54,217 nucleotides of DNA from positions 1 through 54,217 of the forward strand of contig JAHEDQ010000004.1 in NCBI GenBank assembly GCA_024641125.1. Reading direction: 5' to 3'. The position numbers and the translations under genes are program-made. Numbering within the stretch: the first letter of the stretch is position 1; each line of letters starts with the position of its first letter. The notes below the pieces were generated by a model, which searched no databases, was not told where the DNA came from, and saw only the letters and a program-made list of their open reading frames with translations. Origin of the DNA: Candidatus Competibacteraceae bacterium. Lineage in GTDB: Bacteria > Pseudomonadota > Gammaproteobacteria > Competibacterales > JAHEDQ01. This document shows positions 31,308 through 41,992 of the stretch, in pieces.

Positions 31308-31989
31308 ATCCCACTTCCGGCGCACCCAGCGCGGATTCACCCTGACCGAGCTGATGGTGGCTCTCACCCTTGGACTCATCGTCAGCGCCGGCATAATCCA
31401 GATTGTGCTCTCGGCACGAGCAAGCCAGCGCATTCAGTACGCACTGACCGATCTGCAGGAAAGCGGGCGTGCCGCGGTTTCGCTGCTGGGGGAACGCATC
31501 CGGTTGGCCGGATATGACAATCCGGCGACGCTCAGAAAACCGGTTTCACCAGCCGTGCGGGGCGATGTTGGTCCGGATGCGATCCAAATCGCATTTGAAG
31601 GCGGGGACGATGTGGTGGACTGCCGGGGCCAAACAGTGGCTGAAGATACGGTGGTCACCGAGCGCTTCGAGGTGGTCGACGGGCAACTCCGGTGCAGCCT
31701 GCTGGACCAGCCGCTGGTGGATGGCATCAGCGATCTGCATATACTGTATGGGCTCGATACCGACTTTCCGCCGGATGGGCTGCCCAATCGATTTGTGGAC
31801 GCGGCCGGTGTGGGTGCGAACTGGGGGCAGGTGACGGGCGTGCGGCTGGCCGTGCTGGCGATCAGCAACGATGACGTGGGTCTGGACCCCGACACGCGGG
31901 CGCTGATGCTGCTCGATAACAGCATTGGGCCATTTGCTGACCGCAGATTGAGGGCAGTGTTCTCGACCACCGTACAATTGCGCAACTGA
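31294..31989 (+). CDS. pilW: Type IV minor pilin PilW
   Basis: RG|FTLTELMVAL, LQESGR, IRLAGY, LVDGISDLHILYGLD, FSTTVQLRN. Confidence 0.88.
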   Translation: MRCFESHFRRTQRGFTLTELMVALTLGLIVSAGIIQIVLSARASQRIQYALTDLQESGRAAVSLLGERIRLAGYDNPATLRKPVSPAVRGDVGPDAIQIAFEGGDDVVDCRGQTVAEDTVVTERFEVVDGQLRCSLLDQPLVDGISDLHILYGLDTDFPPDGLPNRFVDAAGVGANWGQVTGVRLAVLAISNDDVGLDPDTRALMLLDNSIGPFADRRLRAVFSTTVQLRN

Positions 31990-32153
31990 GGGGCCCGTGA
32001 TCTATTCTGGACGAAACAGATTGGAAGGTTAAAGGTGCAGCTTCAAGACGCAGATCGCGGGTAACAGTTGTTCTATTGCCAAGATTTTCAACGAGAAAGC
32101 TGTGTATTTCAGTCCCAAGATGCGCGTTCACCAGTAGGTCAGAGGCTCCCTGA
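31987..32153. mobile_element. MITE family B copy 1, between pilW and pilX
   Basis: Imperfect TIRs (GGGGCCCGTGATCTA / TAGGTCAGAGGCTCCC); body matches 40703-40850; left end matches 16513-16550. Confidence 0.75.
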
Positions 32154-32194
32154 AGAACGTCACCCGGAACACCCGGTGACCTGGAACAACGACC

Positions 32195-33526
32195 ATGATG
32201 CCTGATCCGTCCGTGGGCCATCCACCCCTGCCAAATTCACCGGGCCGGCTGCGGTCAGGGCTGGTCCGTTCGGGTCGCACACCGCGGCACCAACGCGGCA
32301 TGGCGCTGGCTACCAGCCTGATCATGTTGTCGCTGATGACCCTGATGGGTATCAGCGGAATGAACACCAGTATCCTGGAACAGCGGATAGCGGGTAACCA
32401 GAAACAACGGTGGCAGGCCATGGCGCTGGCCGACAGTGGACTTCGGCAAGCGGAAAGTCTGCTCAAAGCGCCCTGCGGCAACCGGGTCGATTTCACCGCC
32501 GAGTTGCAGAACAATGGCGGCCTGTTGATCGCCGACACCGAACTGGGACTGGGCCGTTACCGCGTCGCCGTTGAAGACAACAGCGGTGATTCGAATCCAA
32601 GTCAGCAGATCGACGGTGACGGTGTGGTGCATCTGCTGGCTACAGGGGAAGTGGGCCAGGACCCCAACCTGGCGGTGGTGAGACTCCAACGGACGCTGCG
32701 GCGACAGTTGACGGCCCATGACTACGCGGTGCTCACGGGGGCGGATACCGTGATCGAAGGGGCGCCCATCATTGACGGCTGCGCCGCAAACCTGCACGTC
32801 AACGGCAACATGAGCCTGCTCGGCGGCGGAACACTGGAAGGCAACCTATCTGCCGCGGGCCAGGTCATCAACGCGGGCGCAGCGGTGATCAACGGCGACA
32901 TTACCGCCGATGCCCTGCTGCTTCCAACACCCGAAATCGAACCCGAGGATGTGCGTGCAAGCGCCGACTACGTGCTGACGGATACGGGCCAGGTGCGAGA
33001 TAACGCGGGTCAGGTCTTAGCAGATGGCAACAACGACTGGAACGGCTGGCGGTACAGCGGGGGACAATGGGAACTGGGCGGCGATACGCCGCCAAACGGC
33101 ATTTACTTTGTCAATGCCAACGTTCTGATCTCGGGCTCACCGGGACGGAGCGGATCGGCCTGGCGGGCCACAATCGCGGCCCGGGACGACATACAGGTCA
33201 CCGGCGAAATGAGCGCCCGAAGCTACTCCGACGACCTGCGCCTGGGGGATGTGGGCGACCTGCTGCTGGTTGCCGGCGGCGATCTCCAGATCACCGCTCA
33301 GCCATCACAAATCCTGTCCGGTGCCTTGGTCGCCGGGCAACAGATTGAAATCGTAGGTGATCTGACGATAGAAGGACGTATCATCGCCCGAGGCGACGAT
33401 GCCGGCACATCTCTGGTGGATATCAACCACCTGTCCGGCGACATGCACATAAACGGACAGAGCGCACTGCCGTCAAGCGCAAACGGTGGTTTGGTTCTGT
33501 TGGCTTGGCGGGAACTCTACCAGTAA
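32195..33526 (+). CDS. pilX: PilX-family minor pilin with a long Gly-rich beta-type C-terminal extension (start uncertain)
   Basis: QRG|MALATSL (no Glu5, as in PilX), EQRIAGN, ALADSGLRQAE, C-terminal WREL. Confidence 0.75.
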   Translation: MMPDPSVGHPPLPNSPGRLRSGLVRSGRTPRHQRGMALATSLIMLSLMTLMGISGMNTSILEQRIAGNQKQRWQAMALADSGLRQAESLLKAPCGNRVDFTAELQNNGGLLIADTELGLGRYRVAVEDNSGDSNPSQQIDGDGVVHLLATGEVGQDPNLAVVRLQRTLRRQLTAHDYAVLTGADTVIEGAPIIDGCAANLHVNGNMSLLGGGTLEGNLSAAGQVINAGAAVINGDITADALLLPTPEIEPEDVRASADYVLTDTGQVRDNAGQVLADGNNDWNGWRYSGGQWELGGDTPPNGIYFVNANVLISGSPGRSGSAWRATIAARDDIQVTGEMSARSYSDDLRLGDVGDLLLVAGGDLQITAQPSQILSGALVAGQQIEIVGDLTIEGRIIARGDDAGTSLVDINHLSGDMHINGQSALPSSANGGLVLLAWRELYQ

Positions 33527-33529
33527 CGA

Positions 33530-34789
33530 TCAGCGTTTCATGGCAGCGAAAAATTCCGAGTTGGACTTGGTCGCCTTGAGCTTGTCCAGCAGAAACTCCA
33601 TGGCGGCGAGTTCGTCCATTGAGTGCAGGATCTTGCGCAGGATCCACACCTTCTGCAGCTCATTCGGGTCCATCAGCAACTCCTCGCGCCGGGTGCCCGA
33701 GCGATTGATGTCGATGGCCGGATAGATCCGTTTCTCAGCGATCCGCCGATCGAGATGAATCTCCATGTTGCCGGTGCCCTTGAACTCCTCGTAGATCACA
33801 TCGTCCATGCGCGATCCGGTGTCCACCAAGGCGGTGGCAATGATCGTGAGGCTGCCCCCCTCTTCGATATTCCGCGCGGCGCCAAAAAAGCGCTTCGGGC
33901 GATGCAGCGCGTTGGCATCGACGCCGCCGGTCAGCACCTTGCCCGATGACGGAACCACCGTGTTGTATGCCCGGGCAAGGCGGGTGATGGAATCCAGCAG
34001 AATGACCACGTCGCGCCGATGCTCCACCAGACGTTTGGCCTTCTCGATGACCATTTCAGACACTTGAACATGACGGCTGGCGGGCTCATCGAAGGTGCTG
34101 GACACCACCTCGCCCCGCACCGAACGCTGCATCTCGGTGACTTCCTCCGGCCGCTCGTCAATCAGCAGGACGATCAGGTAACACTCGGGGTGATTGAAGG
34201 AAATGCTCTGGGCGATGTTTTGCAGAATCATGGTCTTGCCCGCTTTGGGCGGTGAAACGATCAGTCCGCGTGCCCCCTTTCCGATGGGCGCCACCAGGTC
34301 GATGGTGCGTGCGGTCAAGTCCTCGGTGCTGCCATTGCCACGTTCCAGATCCAGACGCTCGGTGGCATGAAGCGGCGTGAGGTTCTCGAACAGAACCTTG
34401 TTCTTGGCATTTTCCGGCGGCTCGAAATTGATCTCGCTGACTTTCAGCAGCGCAAAATACCGTTCCCCCTCCTTGGGCGGCCGAATCTTGCCGGAAACGG
34501 TGTCGCCGGTGCGAAGACTGAACCGTCGGATCTGACTGGGGGAGACATAAATGTCGTCCGGACCGGCCAGATAGGAGCTGTCCGCCGAGCGCAGAAAACC
34601 GAAACCGTCCTGCAGGATCTCGAGTACGCCATCGCCGTGGATATCCTCTCCGCTTTTGGCATGGGCTTTGAGAATCGCGAAAATCAGATCCTGCTTGCGC
34701 GAGCGGGCGAGGTTATCCAGTCCAATGGACCGAGCCACTTCGATCAGCTCAGACGCAGATTTTTTCTTCAGTTCCGTCAGGTTCATCAA
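33530..34789 (-). CDS. rho: Transcription termination factor Rho
   Basis: MNLTELK, DGFGFLR, PPKAGKT, DERPEEV. Confidence 0.99.
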   Translation of the reverse strand: MMNLTELKKKSASELIEVARSIGLDNLARSRKQDLIFAILKAHAKSGEDIHGDGVLEILQDGFGFLRSADSSYLAGPDDIYVSPSQIRRFSLRTGDTVSGKIRPPKEGERYFALLKVSEINFEPPENAKNKVLFENLTPLHATERLDLERGNGSTEDLTARTIDLVAPIGKGARGLIVSPPKAGKTMILQNIAQSISFNHPECYLIVLLIDERPEEVTEMQRSVRGEVVSSTFDEPASRHVQVSEMVIEKAKRLVEHRRDVVILLDSITRLARAYNTVVPSSGKVLTGGVDANALHRPKRFFGAARNIEEGGSLTIIATALVDTGSRMDDVIYEEFKGTGNMEIHLDRRIAEKRIYPAIDINRSGTRREELLMDPNELQKVWILRKILHSMDELAAMEFLLDKLKATKSNSEFFAAMKR

Positions 34790-34901
34790 TGAATTCCAGG
34801 TTTGCTACCCGCCAGCGGACCGGTCGGCCTGCACGAATGACGGATGAGGTAGGAGGGTCTAGAATCGGGGGCAGGTACGGTATATCGGTTTCAAGGTCTT
34901 G

Positions 34902-34952
34902 AAAAAAAACGGGTATCCGCCGTGACGACAGGCACAGCGCCGTCGCCACGGC
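34902..34952 (-). terminator. Possible terminator/attenuator between trxA and rho
   Basis: Minus-strand GC hairpin (34919-34952) followed after 9 nt by T8; the spacing is non-canonical. Confidence 0.35.
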
Positions 34953-34961
34953 ACGTGCGTA

Positions 34962-35288
34962 TCAGAGGCTGCCGTCGAGAAACGCCGTCAGCTGAGATTT
35001 GGACACGGCGCCAACTTTGGTCGCCTCCACCGCCCCTTCCTTGAACAGCATCAAAGTTGGAATGCCACGGATGCCAAACTTCGGCGGCGTTGCCGGATTC
35101 TCGTCTATATTCAGTTTGCAGATCTTCAGGCGACCAGAATACTCGCCCACCACCTCGTCCAGGATCGGGGCGATCATCTTGCACGGGCCGCACCATTCCG
35201 CCCAGTAGTCGACCAGCACGGGATGTTCAGACTGCAAGACCTCGTTTTCGAAAGTGTCGTCGGTAACGTGGACAATGTCATCGCTCAC
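34962..35288 (-). CDS. trxA: Thioredoxin 1
   Basis: [13 protein letters not shown]; rhlB-trxA-rho synteny. Confidence 0.98.
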   Translation of the reverse strand: MSDDIVHVTDDTFENEVLQSEHPVLVDYWAEWCGPCKMIAPILDEVVGEYSGRLKICKLNIDENPATPPKFGIRGIPTLMLFKEGAVEATKVGAVSKSQLTAFLDGSL

Positions 35289-35484
35289 GGGAAATCTCTC
35301 CGTTCTCAGCCGACCGGCGCATGATTACGTCAGAGTGTTATGATTGCTTATGGGCAGGGCTGTCCGGAATCACTCTGCCTAAGGATCGCAACGGCGACCG
35401 GAGTTCCGGCTTAAAGAAGTACACAGCCCTAAGTTTGAGCCCAATCCACACTCTTTTTCAAGTCTCCTGCGAGAAATTCGCTTA

Positions 35485-36909
35485 ATGCCCAACCAGCACC
35501 TGACCAACACACGTTTCCGCTCCCTCGACTTATCCCCTGCCCTGGTGAAGGGATTGGATGATCTGGGATTCGACTATTGCACACCAATACAGGCCAAGAC
35601 TCTGCCACTGGCACTGGCAGGCAAAGACGTCGCCGGCCAGGCGCAGACCGGAACCGGCAAGACGGCCGCGTTCCTGCTTGCCACCATGCACCACCTGATG
35701 CGCCACACCGAGGCGCCACCGCCAGAGGCCGAGCACACGGATCCCCGGGCCATCATACTGGCGCCGACCCGCGAGCTCGCGATTCAGATCGAACGAGACG
35801 CCGAAGCGTTGGGCAAACACACCGGCCTGCGCACCGGCCTGGCTTATGGCGGCACCGGCTACGAGAGTCAGCGGCGGCGACTGGAAGAGGGTGTGGACAT
35901 TCTGATCGGAACGCCCGGACGGACCATCGACTACTTCAAACAGAAAGTGTTCAGCCTCAGACGAATCGAAGTGGTGGTGCTCGACGAAGCGGACCGCATG
36001 TTCGACCTCGGCTTCATCGCCGACCTGCGCTTTCTGTTGCGCCGAATGCCGCCGCCGGGACAACGGTTGAACCTGATGTTCTCTGCAACCCTCTCGTTTC
36101 GCGTCCACGAACTCGCCTATGAGCACATGAACTCGCCAGCGGAGGTTTCGATAGAGCCTGAGCAGGTAACCGCGGACCGGGTGGAGCAGGTGCTATATCA
36201 TGTGGCCATCAACGAGAAAATACCGTTGTTGCTGGGTCTGCTTAGGCAAGTGGACAAACAGCGCGTGCTGATATTCGTGAACACCAAACGGGTCGCTGAA
36301 ATTGTCGGCCGATACCTGGGCGGCAATGGCATGGAGGCCGCGGTTCTGTCGGGTGATATTCCGCAGAAGAAGCGGCAGCGTCTGCTGGAGCGATTTACTG
36401 CCGGCGAACTGACCGCGCTGGTGGCAACCGATGTGGCCGCGCGCGGATTACACATCCCCGATGTGGCCATGGTGGTGAACTTCGATCTGCCTCAGGACGC
36501 GGAGGACTATGTTCACCGCATTGGCCGAACGGCCAGAGCCGGGGCGGCGGGTCTGGCGGTCAGTCTGGCCTGTGAGGAGTATGTGTATTCGCTGCCGGAA
36601 ATCGAACAATACATCGGCCAACCCATACCAACGGCGCCAATCGAAGACGATTTTCTGGTGACTCCGTCACCACCTGAGCCACGACGCCCCAGCGAAAAAC
36701 CCGGCGGCCATGGCCGGAATCCCCGATCACGGCGCAGCGGCGGGCGGCGTGGCCAACCGCAGCGGAGCGACGACGCACAGTCACACACTGCTGCAGCCGG
36801 CGACGCAAATCCGGCGCCGGCGGCCGCCGACAGCGAGGCCGCACCCGCGCGCCCGAAACGCCGTCGTCGGCCGCGGCGCAAGTCCGAACCGAGTACGCCG
36901 GCCAAGTGA
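35485..36909 (+). CDS. rhlB: DEAD-box RNA helicase RhlB
   Basis: [29 protein letters not shown]; divergent from trxA. Confidence 0.93.
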   Translation: MPNQHLTNTRFRSLDLSPALVKGLDDLGFDYCTPIQAKTLPLALAGKDVAGQAQTGTGKTAAFLLATMHHLMRHTEAPPPEAEHTDPRAIILAPTRELAIQIERDAEALGKHTGLRTGLAYGGTGYESQRRRLEEGVDILIGTPGRTIDYFKQKVFSLRRIEVVVLDEADRMFDLGFIADLRFLLRRMPPPGQRLNLMFSATLSFRVHELAYEHMNSPAEVSIEPEQVTADRVEQVLYHVAINEKIPLLLGLLRQVDKQRVLIFVNTKRVAEIVGRYLGGNGMEAAVLSGDIPQKKRQRLLERFTAGELTALVATDVAARGLHIPDVAMVVNFDLPQDAEDYVHRIGRTARAGAAGLAVSLACEEYVYSLPEIEQYIGQPIPTAPIEDDFLVTPSPPEPRRPSEKPGGHGRNPRSRRSGGRRGQPQRSDDAQSHTAAAGDANPAPAAADSEAAPARPKRRRRPRRKSEPSTPAK

Positions 36910-36949
36910 CACATGAGAACCGCCGCGGCAGAACCGCCGAACTCGGTTG

Positions 36950-38497
36950 TCAGTGGTCTGCTGACCGAAAACGCAGTTTGTAGGCAGCTGCTTTGAGCAG
37001 GCCCGCCTCGGCCTCCAGATCGGCACGGGTGAGGGGGTGATCTTCCAGCCAGCCGGCCTCGAAAATCAGCGTAAGCGTGCGCTCCTGGCGCAGCAGCTCG
37101 GGGGTGGGCACGTTGACCTCGGTTCGGCCCCGATGGAGCAATACCGCCAGACGCAGGAGTATGCACAGATCAATCGCGGGCTGGCGGATTTCATCGGGCA
37201 GTTCCTCGAACGTGGATTGGGGGAATTTGCGCCGATGGCCGCGAATCAGCACCGAAAGCAGACGTTGCTCACCCCGCGCAAAACCGGCCAAATCGGCATG
37301 GCGCAGGAGATAGGCGCCGTGTTTGTGATACTGCGTATGTGAAACCGACAGGCCCAGTTCATGAAGATGGGCCGCCCAGTTGAGAAAGTTGCGGCATTCC
37401 TGATCCGTTGCAGCCCGGCAACTGCCGGCCTGATCGTAAAGGGCCAGGGCGGTACCGGACACCCTTTCGGCATGCTCGGTATCGATGACATATCGACGCT
37501 CGAGCGCCCAGACCGTGCGCTCGCGCACATCTTCATGGCGCAGGCGTCCGAGCAGGTCGTAGAGCAACCCTTCGCGCAACGCCCCGTCCGACACCTCGAG
37601 ATGCTCAATGCCCAGGGACTCGAACACCCCGTACAGAATGGCAAATCCACCCGGAAACACGGTGGCACGTTCCGGGCTGATTTCGAGCCGTTCGGACAAA
37701 GCTGCCACGCTGCCCGCTTCGATCATGGCTGCGCGCAGTCGTTTCAGGCTTTCGCGGGTGATCCCGTGTACACTCCAACCCGCGGCTTCCACCGCCTTGC
37801 GAATGGCCCGGATGGTGCCGGAAGCACCGGTGGCCACATCCCACTGCCCGGGCATGAATTCCCAGCGCACCGGTTCGAGTTCCAGGCGCGCCGCCACCTC
37901 GGCCCGCTGCATCTCCGCTTTGCTGATGACACCGTCGGCGAAAAACCTCTGGGTCATGGAAACACAGCCCATAAACAGGCTTTCCAGGCGCTGGGGTTCA
38001 AAATTCTCGCCGAGAATCAGCTCGGTACTGCCACCGCCGATGTCCATCACCAGCCGGCGTCCATCCGCAGCGATGGTGCTGTGCGCAACACCGAGATAAA
38101 TCAGCCGCGCCTCTTCCAAGCCGGATACCACTTCCACCGGGTGGCCCAGGGCGCGCTCTGCCTCCAGCAGAAATTCGCGCCCGTTGCGCGCGCGTCGCAG
38201 GGTGTTGGTACCGACCACGCGTACGTTTTCCGGTTGCAGGGATCGCAACCGCTGTCCGAACCGCTCAAGGCATGCAATGCCCCGGGTCCGGGAGTCGACC
38301 GTAAGTCGATTCCGATGGTCCAGGCCGGCGGCCAAACGCACCATCTCACGCAAGCGATCAAGGACTTGGAACTGATCGTCCACTTGACGCGCGACCATCA
38401 TATGAAAGCTGTTGGAGCCAAGATCGATGGCGGCAAAAAGATTGCTGTCGGAATGAACCGGCACGTCGGAGTTGGTCAAGGGAACGTCCGCGCTCAA
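36950..38497 (-). CDS. ppx: Exopolyphosphatase / pppGpp phosphohydrolase (Ppx/GppA)
   Basis: AAIDLGSNSFHM, DIGGGSTE, ALREG, HD-like C-terminal domain. Confidence 0.93.
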   Translation of the reverse strand: MSADVPLTNSDVPVHSDSNLFAAIDLGSNSFHMMVARQVDDQFQVLDRLREMVRLAAGLDHRNRLTVDSRTRGIACLERFGQRLRSLQPENVRVVGTNTLRRARNGREFLLEAERALGHPVEVVSGLEEARLIYLGVAHSTIAADGRRLVMDIGGGSTELILGENFEPQRLESLFMGCVSMTQRFFADGVISKAEMQRAEVAARLELEPVRWEFMPGQWDVATGASGTIRAIRKAVEAAGWSVHGITRESLKRLRAAMIEAGSVAALSERLEISPERATVFPGGFAILYGVFESLGIEHLEVSDGALREGLLYDLLGRLRHEDVRERTVWALERRYVIDTEHAERVSGTALALYDQAGSCRAATDQECRNFLNWAAHLHELGLSVSHTQYHKHGAYLLRHADLAGFARGEQRLLSVLIRGHRRKFPQSTFEELPDEIRQPAIDLCILLRLAVLLHRGRTEVNVPTPELLRQERTLTLIFEAGWLEDHPLTRADLEAEAGLLKAAAYKLRFRSADH

Positions 38498-39000
38498 TCC
38501 TTCAGATCGCGCAGCTGAGCCGGTGTCAACGCCCAGCGCATCATGCCGGTAGCGGGCTTGGGCTCGCCTTCGTACTCAAGCAGGCACACTCCGCCCTTCT
38601 TGAGCGCGATCACCCGCAACGGCCGACCGCATACCATATAGCCCGCCAGCCGGCCCAAATCCGGCTCGTGGCCCACCAACGCGATGGTATCCTCCGACCC
38701 AAAACGGTTCAGCCAGTCCAACACCGCCTGCGGATGCCCGCCCGGTTCCAACGCCGCGACCCGTTCGGATTTGGCCCGGCCGTAACTGCGGCCAAGCAAC
38801 GCGGCGGTCTCGCTGGCCCTGACCAGGCCACTGGTGCCGATGACATCCAATCGCTTGATCAGGCGTCGAAGGCGGCTCGCATTTTTTCGCATTCTGCGGC
38901 GCCCGGCGTCGGTCAAGGACCGTTTTGCGTCGTCAACTGTGGCGGACGAAACAGAATCGGGCACCTCGGCGACAGCATGGCGAATCAAGAGGATTTTCAT
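38494..39000 (-). CDS. sixA: Phosphohistidine phosphatase SixA family
   Basis: LLIRHA, RASETA, LVGHEPDL, LKKGG. Confidence 0.85.
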   Translation of the reverse strand: MKILLIRHAVAEVPDSVSSATVDDAKRSLTDAGRRRMRKNASRLRRLIKRLDVIGTSGLVRASETAALLGRSYGRAKSERVAALEPGGHPQAVLDWLNRFGSEDTIALVGHEPDLGRLAGYMVCGRPLRVIALKKGGVCLLEYEGEPKPATGMMRWALTPAQLRDLKD

Positions 39001-39037
39001 TGTGGTGACTCACCAACAGGCCTCAACGGAATGCGGG

Positions 39038-40396
39038 TCAGGCCTGTTTTGCGGTTTTGAACGCCGCCATCGTGGACGGATTCTGCCCAGCCAGTTGGCG
39101 ATCCGGAGTGATACCACGTTTGTCGTCGAAGCGACAGGTAAACACGCTGCCCTGACCGATTTGACTCTGGATTTCCAGTCGCGCGTCGTGGCGCAGCAGC
39201 ACGTGTTTGACAATAGCCAGACCCAGTCCGGTCCCTCCGGCCTCGCGGGAACGCGCCACATCCACCCGGTAGAAGCGCTCCGTCAGCCGCGACAGATGCT
39301 GAGCTGGAATCCCTTCACCGTTATCGGTTACAGACAAACAAAGACTGCGGTCTTGGTCCCGATACCAGTGAATGCCGATCCGCCCGCCGTCGGGAGTATA
39401 GCGGACCGCATTGAACACCAGGTTGGAGAAGGCACTGCGCAGCTCCCGCTCCTGGCCAAGCAGCCACTCGGATGCATCCGCAGAGAGGGTCACCTCATGA
39501 GCACGGGAACCGCTGAGTGAAAGCGCATCCTCCCGGATCACCGCCAGAATACCGTGTACTGGCACCGGTTCATCGGGCTGCCGCCGACCGCCTGATTCAA
39601 GCCGGGATAAGGTCAGCAGATCCTCGACCACGGTAAACATCCGGACGGCTTGCTGATTGATGTGTTGCAGCGGCCTCTGCCAGGGCGAATTCAGAAACTC
39701 CCCGCTGTCCAGCATGGACTCGGCATATCCGCTGAGCACCGTCAGGGGCGTTCGCAGCTCATGGGACATATTGGAGACGAAATCCCGACGGGTCCGCTCC
39801 AGGTTACGCAGGCGGGTTATGTCGGCGGACAGGAGCAAATCCTGGTCCTCGTCATAGTTCACCAACCGAAGGCTGAGCTGAACAGACTCGTTGACCGGCG
39901 ACGGGACTTCCACCGCCCCGTCGAACCGCCCGGCACGCAATAATGCAGTGAACTCGGGGTTACGCACCAAATTGCTGATGGGCCGATTGAGATCGCGCCG
40001 TCTCAGCCCCAGCATGCGCGCGGCGGCGCTGTTGTACCAAAGAATCCTTCGTTCCGGCCCCAGCGCCACCGCGCCGTCCGGTAGGGCCTCGGCCGCTTCC
40101 CGAAACCGCGACAAGAACTGGGCGAGGCGCCGCTTTCCCTGCCGGTTGCGCGACCTGAGATTGTAGAGGCTATCGTAAACCTGCGCCCAGATGCCGTAAG
40201 CTTTTGGGGGTCGATCGGTGCGGTGCGCCTTGAGCCATCGGTCCAGGCGATACAGACTCAGCAGATGCCAGCCAAGGCAGCCGCTAAGGGCCGCCACCAT
40301 GCACCAGGCGACCTCACCCAGAACGAGCCCCAGCACCAGGGAGACACCGAGAACGGTGACCAGTCTAAGGCCCACCCAAAGCCAGGCGGTGTTCAA
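39038..40396 (-). CDS. phoR: Phosphate regulon sensor kinase PhoR
   Basis: N-terminal TM, PAS, SHELRTPLTV, NLVFNAVRY, TERFYRVD, GTGLGLAIVKH. Confidence 0.95.
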   Translation of the reverse strand: MNTAWLWVGLRLVTVLGVSLVLGLVLGEVAWCMVAALSGCLGWHLLSLYRLDRWLKAHRTDRPPKAYGIWAQVYDSLYNLRSRNRQGKRRLAQFLSRFREAAEALPDGAVALGPERRILWYNSAAARMLGLRRRDLNRPISNLVRNPEFTALLRAGRFDGAVEVPSPVNESVQLSLRLVNYDEDQDLLLSADITRLRNLERTRRDFVSNMSHELRTPLTVLSGYAESMLDSGEFLNSPWQRPLQHINQQAVRMFTVVEDLLTLSRLESGGRRQPDEPVPVHGILAVIREDALSLSGSRAHEVTLSADASEWLLGQERELRSAFSNLVFNAVRYTPDGGRIGIHWYRDQDRSLCLSVTDNGEGIPAQHLSRLTERFYRVDVARSREAGGTGLGLAIVKHVLLRHDARLEIQSQIGQGSVFTCRFDDKRGITPDRQLAGQNPSTMAAFKTAKQA

Positions 40397-40413
40397 ACGA
40401 ACCCTTGATCCAG

Positions 40414-40698
40414 GAAAGGTCTGGTCAATTGCTGCGGGCGCGCCGACGCCTTTGCGCGCTCTCGTGCGAGTCGCACCGGGCGAAGTTGGCCCGAGGCATA
40501 TAAGCGAGTTGCCGATGAGCGAGGTGCAACGCGGTACCGAGGGCGCGAAAGCCCGATCCCGCTGGGGTTTTGCTCACAAGAGCGCATCTGCCGCGTTTCG
40601 CGGCTTGGCCATGGACTGACTGTGGCGCTGCGCCGGGAGCCTACCATCTGCGCCCATGCGGACCGAAGCGCGATTCGTATCAATTGATCAGACCTTAC
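40414..40698. mobile_element. MITE family C (285 bp, IS5-type ends) inserted into a family B element
   Basis: TIRs GAAAGGTCTGGTCAATTG / CAATTGATCAGACCTTAC flanked by CCAG and CTAG; same ends as 54122-54169. Confidence 0.8.
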
Positions 40699-40702
40699 CT
40701 AG

Positions 40703-40850
40703 TGTGGACGCATCAGGTGGGAGGGTAAAATGCGCAGGTTCAAGACGCAGATCGCGGATAGCAGTGGTTCTTTTGCCAAAATCTGCAACGATGCAACTGT
40801 GCATTTCAGTCCCAAGATGCAGGCTCACGAGTAAATCAGCGGCTCCCTGG
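40703..40850. mobile_element. MITE family B copy 2 (left-end remnant at 40398-40409)
   Basis: Matches 32005-32153 (CAAGACGCAGATCGCGG...TTTCAGTCCCAAGATGC...GGCTCCCTG). Confidence 0.8.
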
Positions 40851-40852
40851 CA

Positions 40853-41548
40853 CTAGACCTTGGTCGAGAAACGGTAACCCGCGCCTCGAACCGTCTGGAC
40901 CAGCGCATCGTAACCGGCCGGTTGCAGCGCTTTACGCAGTCGGCGAATGTGCACATCGATGGTGCGCTCCTCCACGTACACGTTGCTGCCCCAGACCCGG
41001 TCCAGCAGCTGGCCCCGGGTATATACCCGCTCCGGGTGGGACATGAAAAACTTCAGCAGCCGGTACTCGGTGGGGCCAACCTCTAGCTCTGCGCCCCTGG
41101 CCGAAGTCACTCGGTGGCTTGCCATATCCAGGGTCAAGCCATTGGCGCGCAGCAAATCGTCATTTCCCTCAGGCGCCGACCGGCGCAATACCGCCTTGAT
41201 TCGGGCCGCCAGTTCCCGCGGTGAGAACGGCTTGGTGACGTAGTCATCCGCCCCGGTCTCCAGACCCCGCACTTTGTCATCCTCCTCGGCCCGAGCGGTC
41301 AACATCACAATCGGTATGTCGGCGGTCAGCTCCTCCTTCTTCCAACGCCGCGCCAGTTCCAGACCGCTGACGCTGGGGAGCATCCAATCCAGCAGTATCA
41401 GGTCGGGCCTTTGATCTGCGATCAGTGACTGCGCTTCACGCGCGTCCACCGCCTCCTGGGTATGATAGCCGGCCTGGCGTAGAGCGAAGGCAGTCATCTC
41501 CCGGATGGCTTGCTCGTCTTCAACAATCAGGATGTATGGCGCGCTCAT
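40853..41548 (-). CDS. phoB: Phosphate regulon response regulator PhoB
   Basis: [50 protein letters not shown]. Confidence 0.97.
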   Translation of the reverse strand: MSAPYILIVEDEQAIREMTAFALRQAGYHTQEAVDAREAQSLIADQRPDLILLDWMLPSVSGLELARRWKKEELTADIPIVMLTARAEEDDKVRGLETGADDYVTKPFSPRELAARIKAVLRRSAPEGNDDLLRANGLTLDMASHRVTSARGAELEVGPTEYRLLKFFMSHPERVYTRGQLLDRVWGSNVYVEERTIDVHIRRLRKALQPAGYDALVQTVRGAGYRFSTKV

Positions 41549-41597
41549 ATTCCGTCCCGCGTTACGTAGTGCCCCTCCTCCATTGAAGACCACCCAT

Positions 41598-41615
41598 GTT
41601 ACAGTCAGATGACGA
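41598..41615 (-). promoter_or_regulatory. Pho box upstream of phoB
   Basis: Minus strand TCGTCAT-CTGA-CTGTAAC, with 11-bp periodicity, resembles CTGTCAT-N4-CTGT(C/A)A(C/T). Confidence 0.65.
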
Positions 41616-41897
41616 CCAGGGTGACCTGGAATCGTGCCACGAACGGATTTCCGAAATACCGGCCATGTCCAAGTCATCCAGGATCCCGTGCAAACCCGCC
41701 TGAGCGCTTATCTCCTTACCCGTCGGAATGGCGCCGCGGGAGCCGGACGCAGAACGATAAACAGGACAGCGAGGCAGGCAACGACCTAGTGATGGATTTT
41801 CTCCGTGGTTGCGGGCAGTCCTGGAAAACACAATACCCGGCTGACCGTTATGTGGATACGTGTCAGGTTTATTGTGAGTATGTTGGCCAATACGGCA

Positions 41898-41943
41898 TTG
41901 ACAAGTGAAGCCCATGACTCTACAACTTTAGACGCAGTATAAA
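41898..41943 (+). promoter_or_regulatory. Sigma70-like promoter of the rubrerythrin operon with an adjacent 7-3-7 palindrome
   Basis: TTGACA-N17-TACAAC followed by TTTAGAC-GCA-GTATAAA. Confidence 0.5.
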
Positions 41944-41992
41944 CTAGCGCTGCAAGTAGGCAGTATTCAGTAGATCGACAGGAGGGAAAGCG

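Noticed and set aside
41562-41915. ORFs in the phoB-rubrerythrin intergenic region
   Set aside because: No motifs or clear RBS; they overlap the Pho box and promoter. No ncRNA could be supported by eye.
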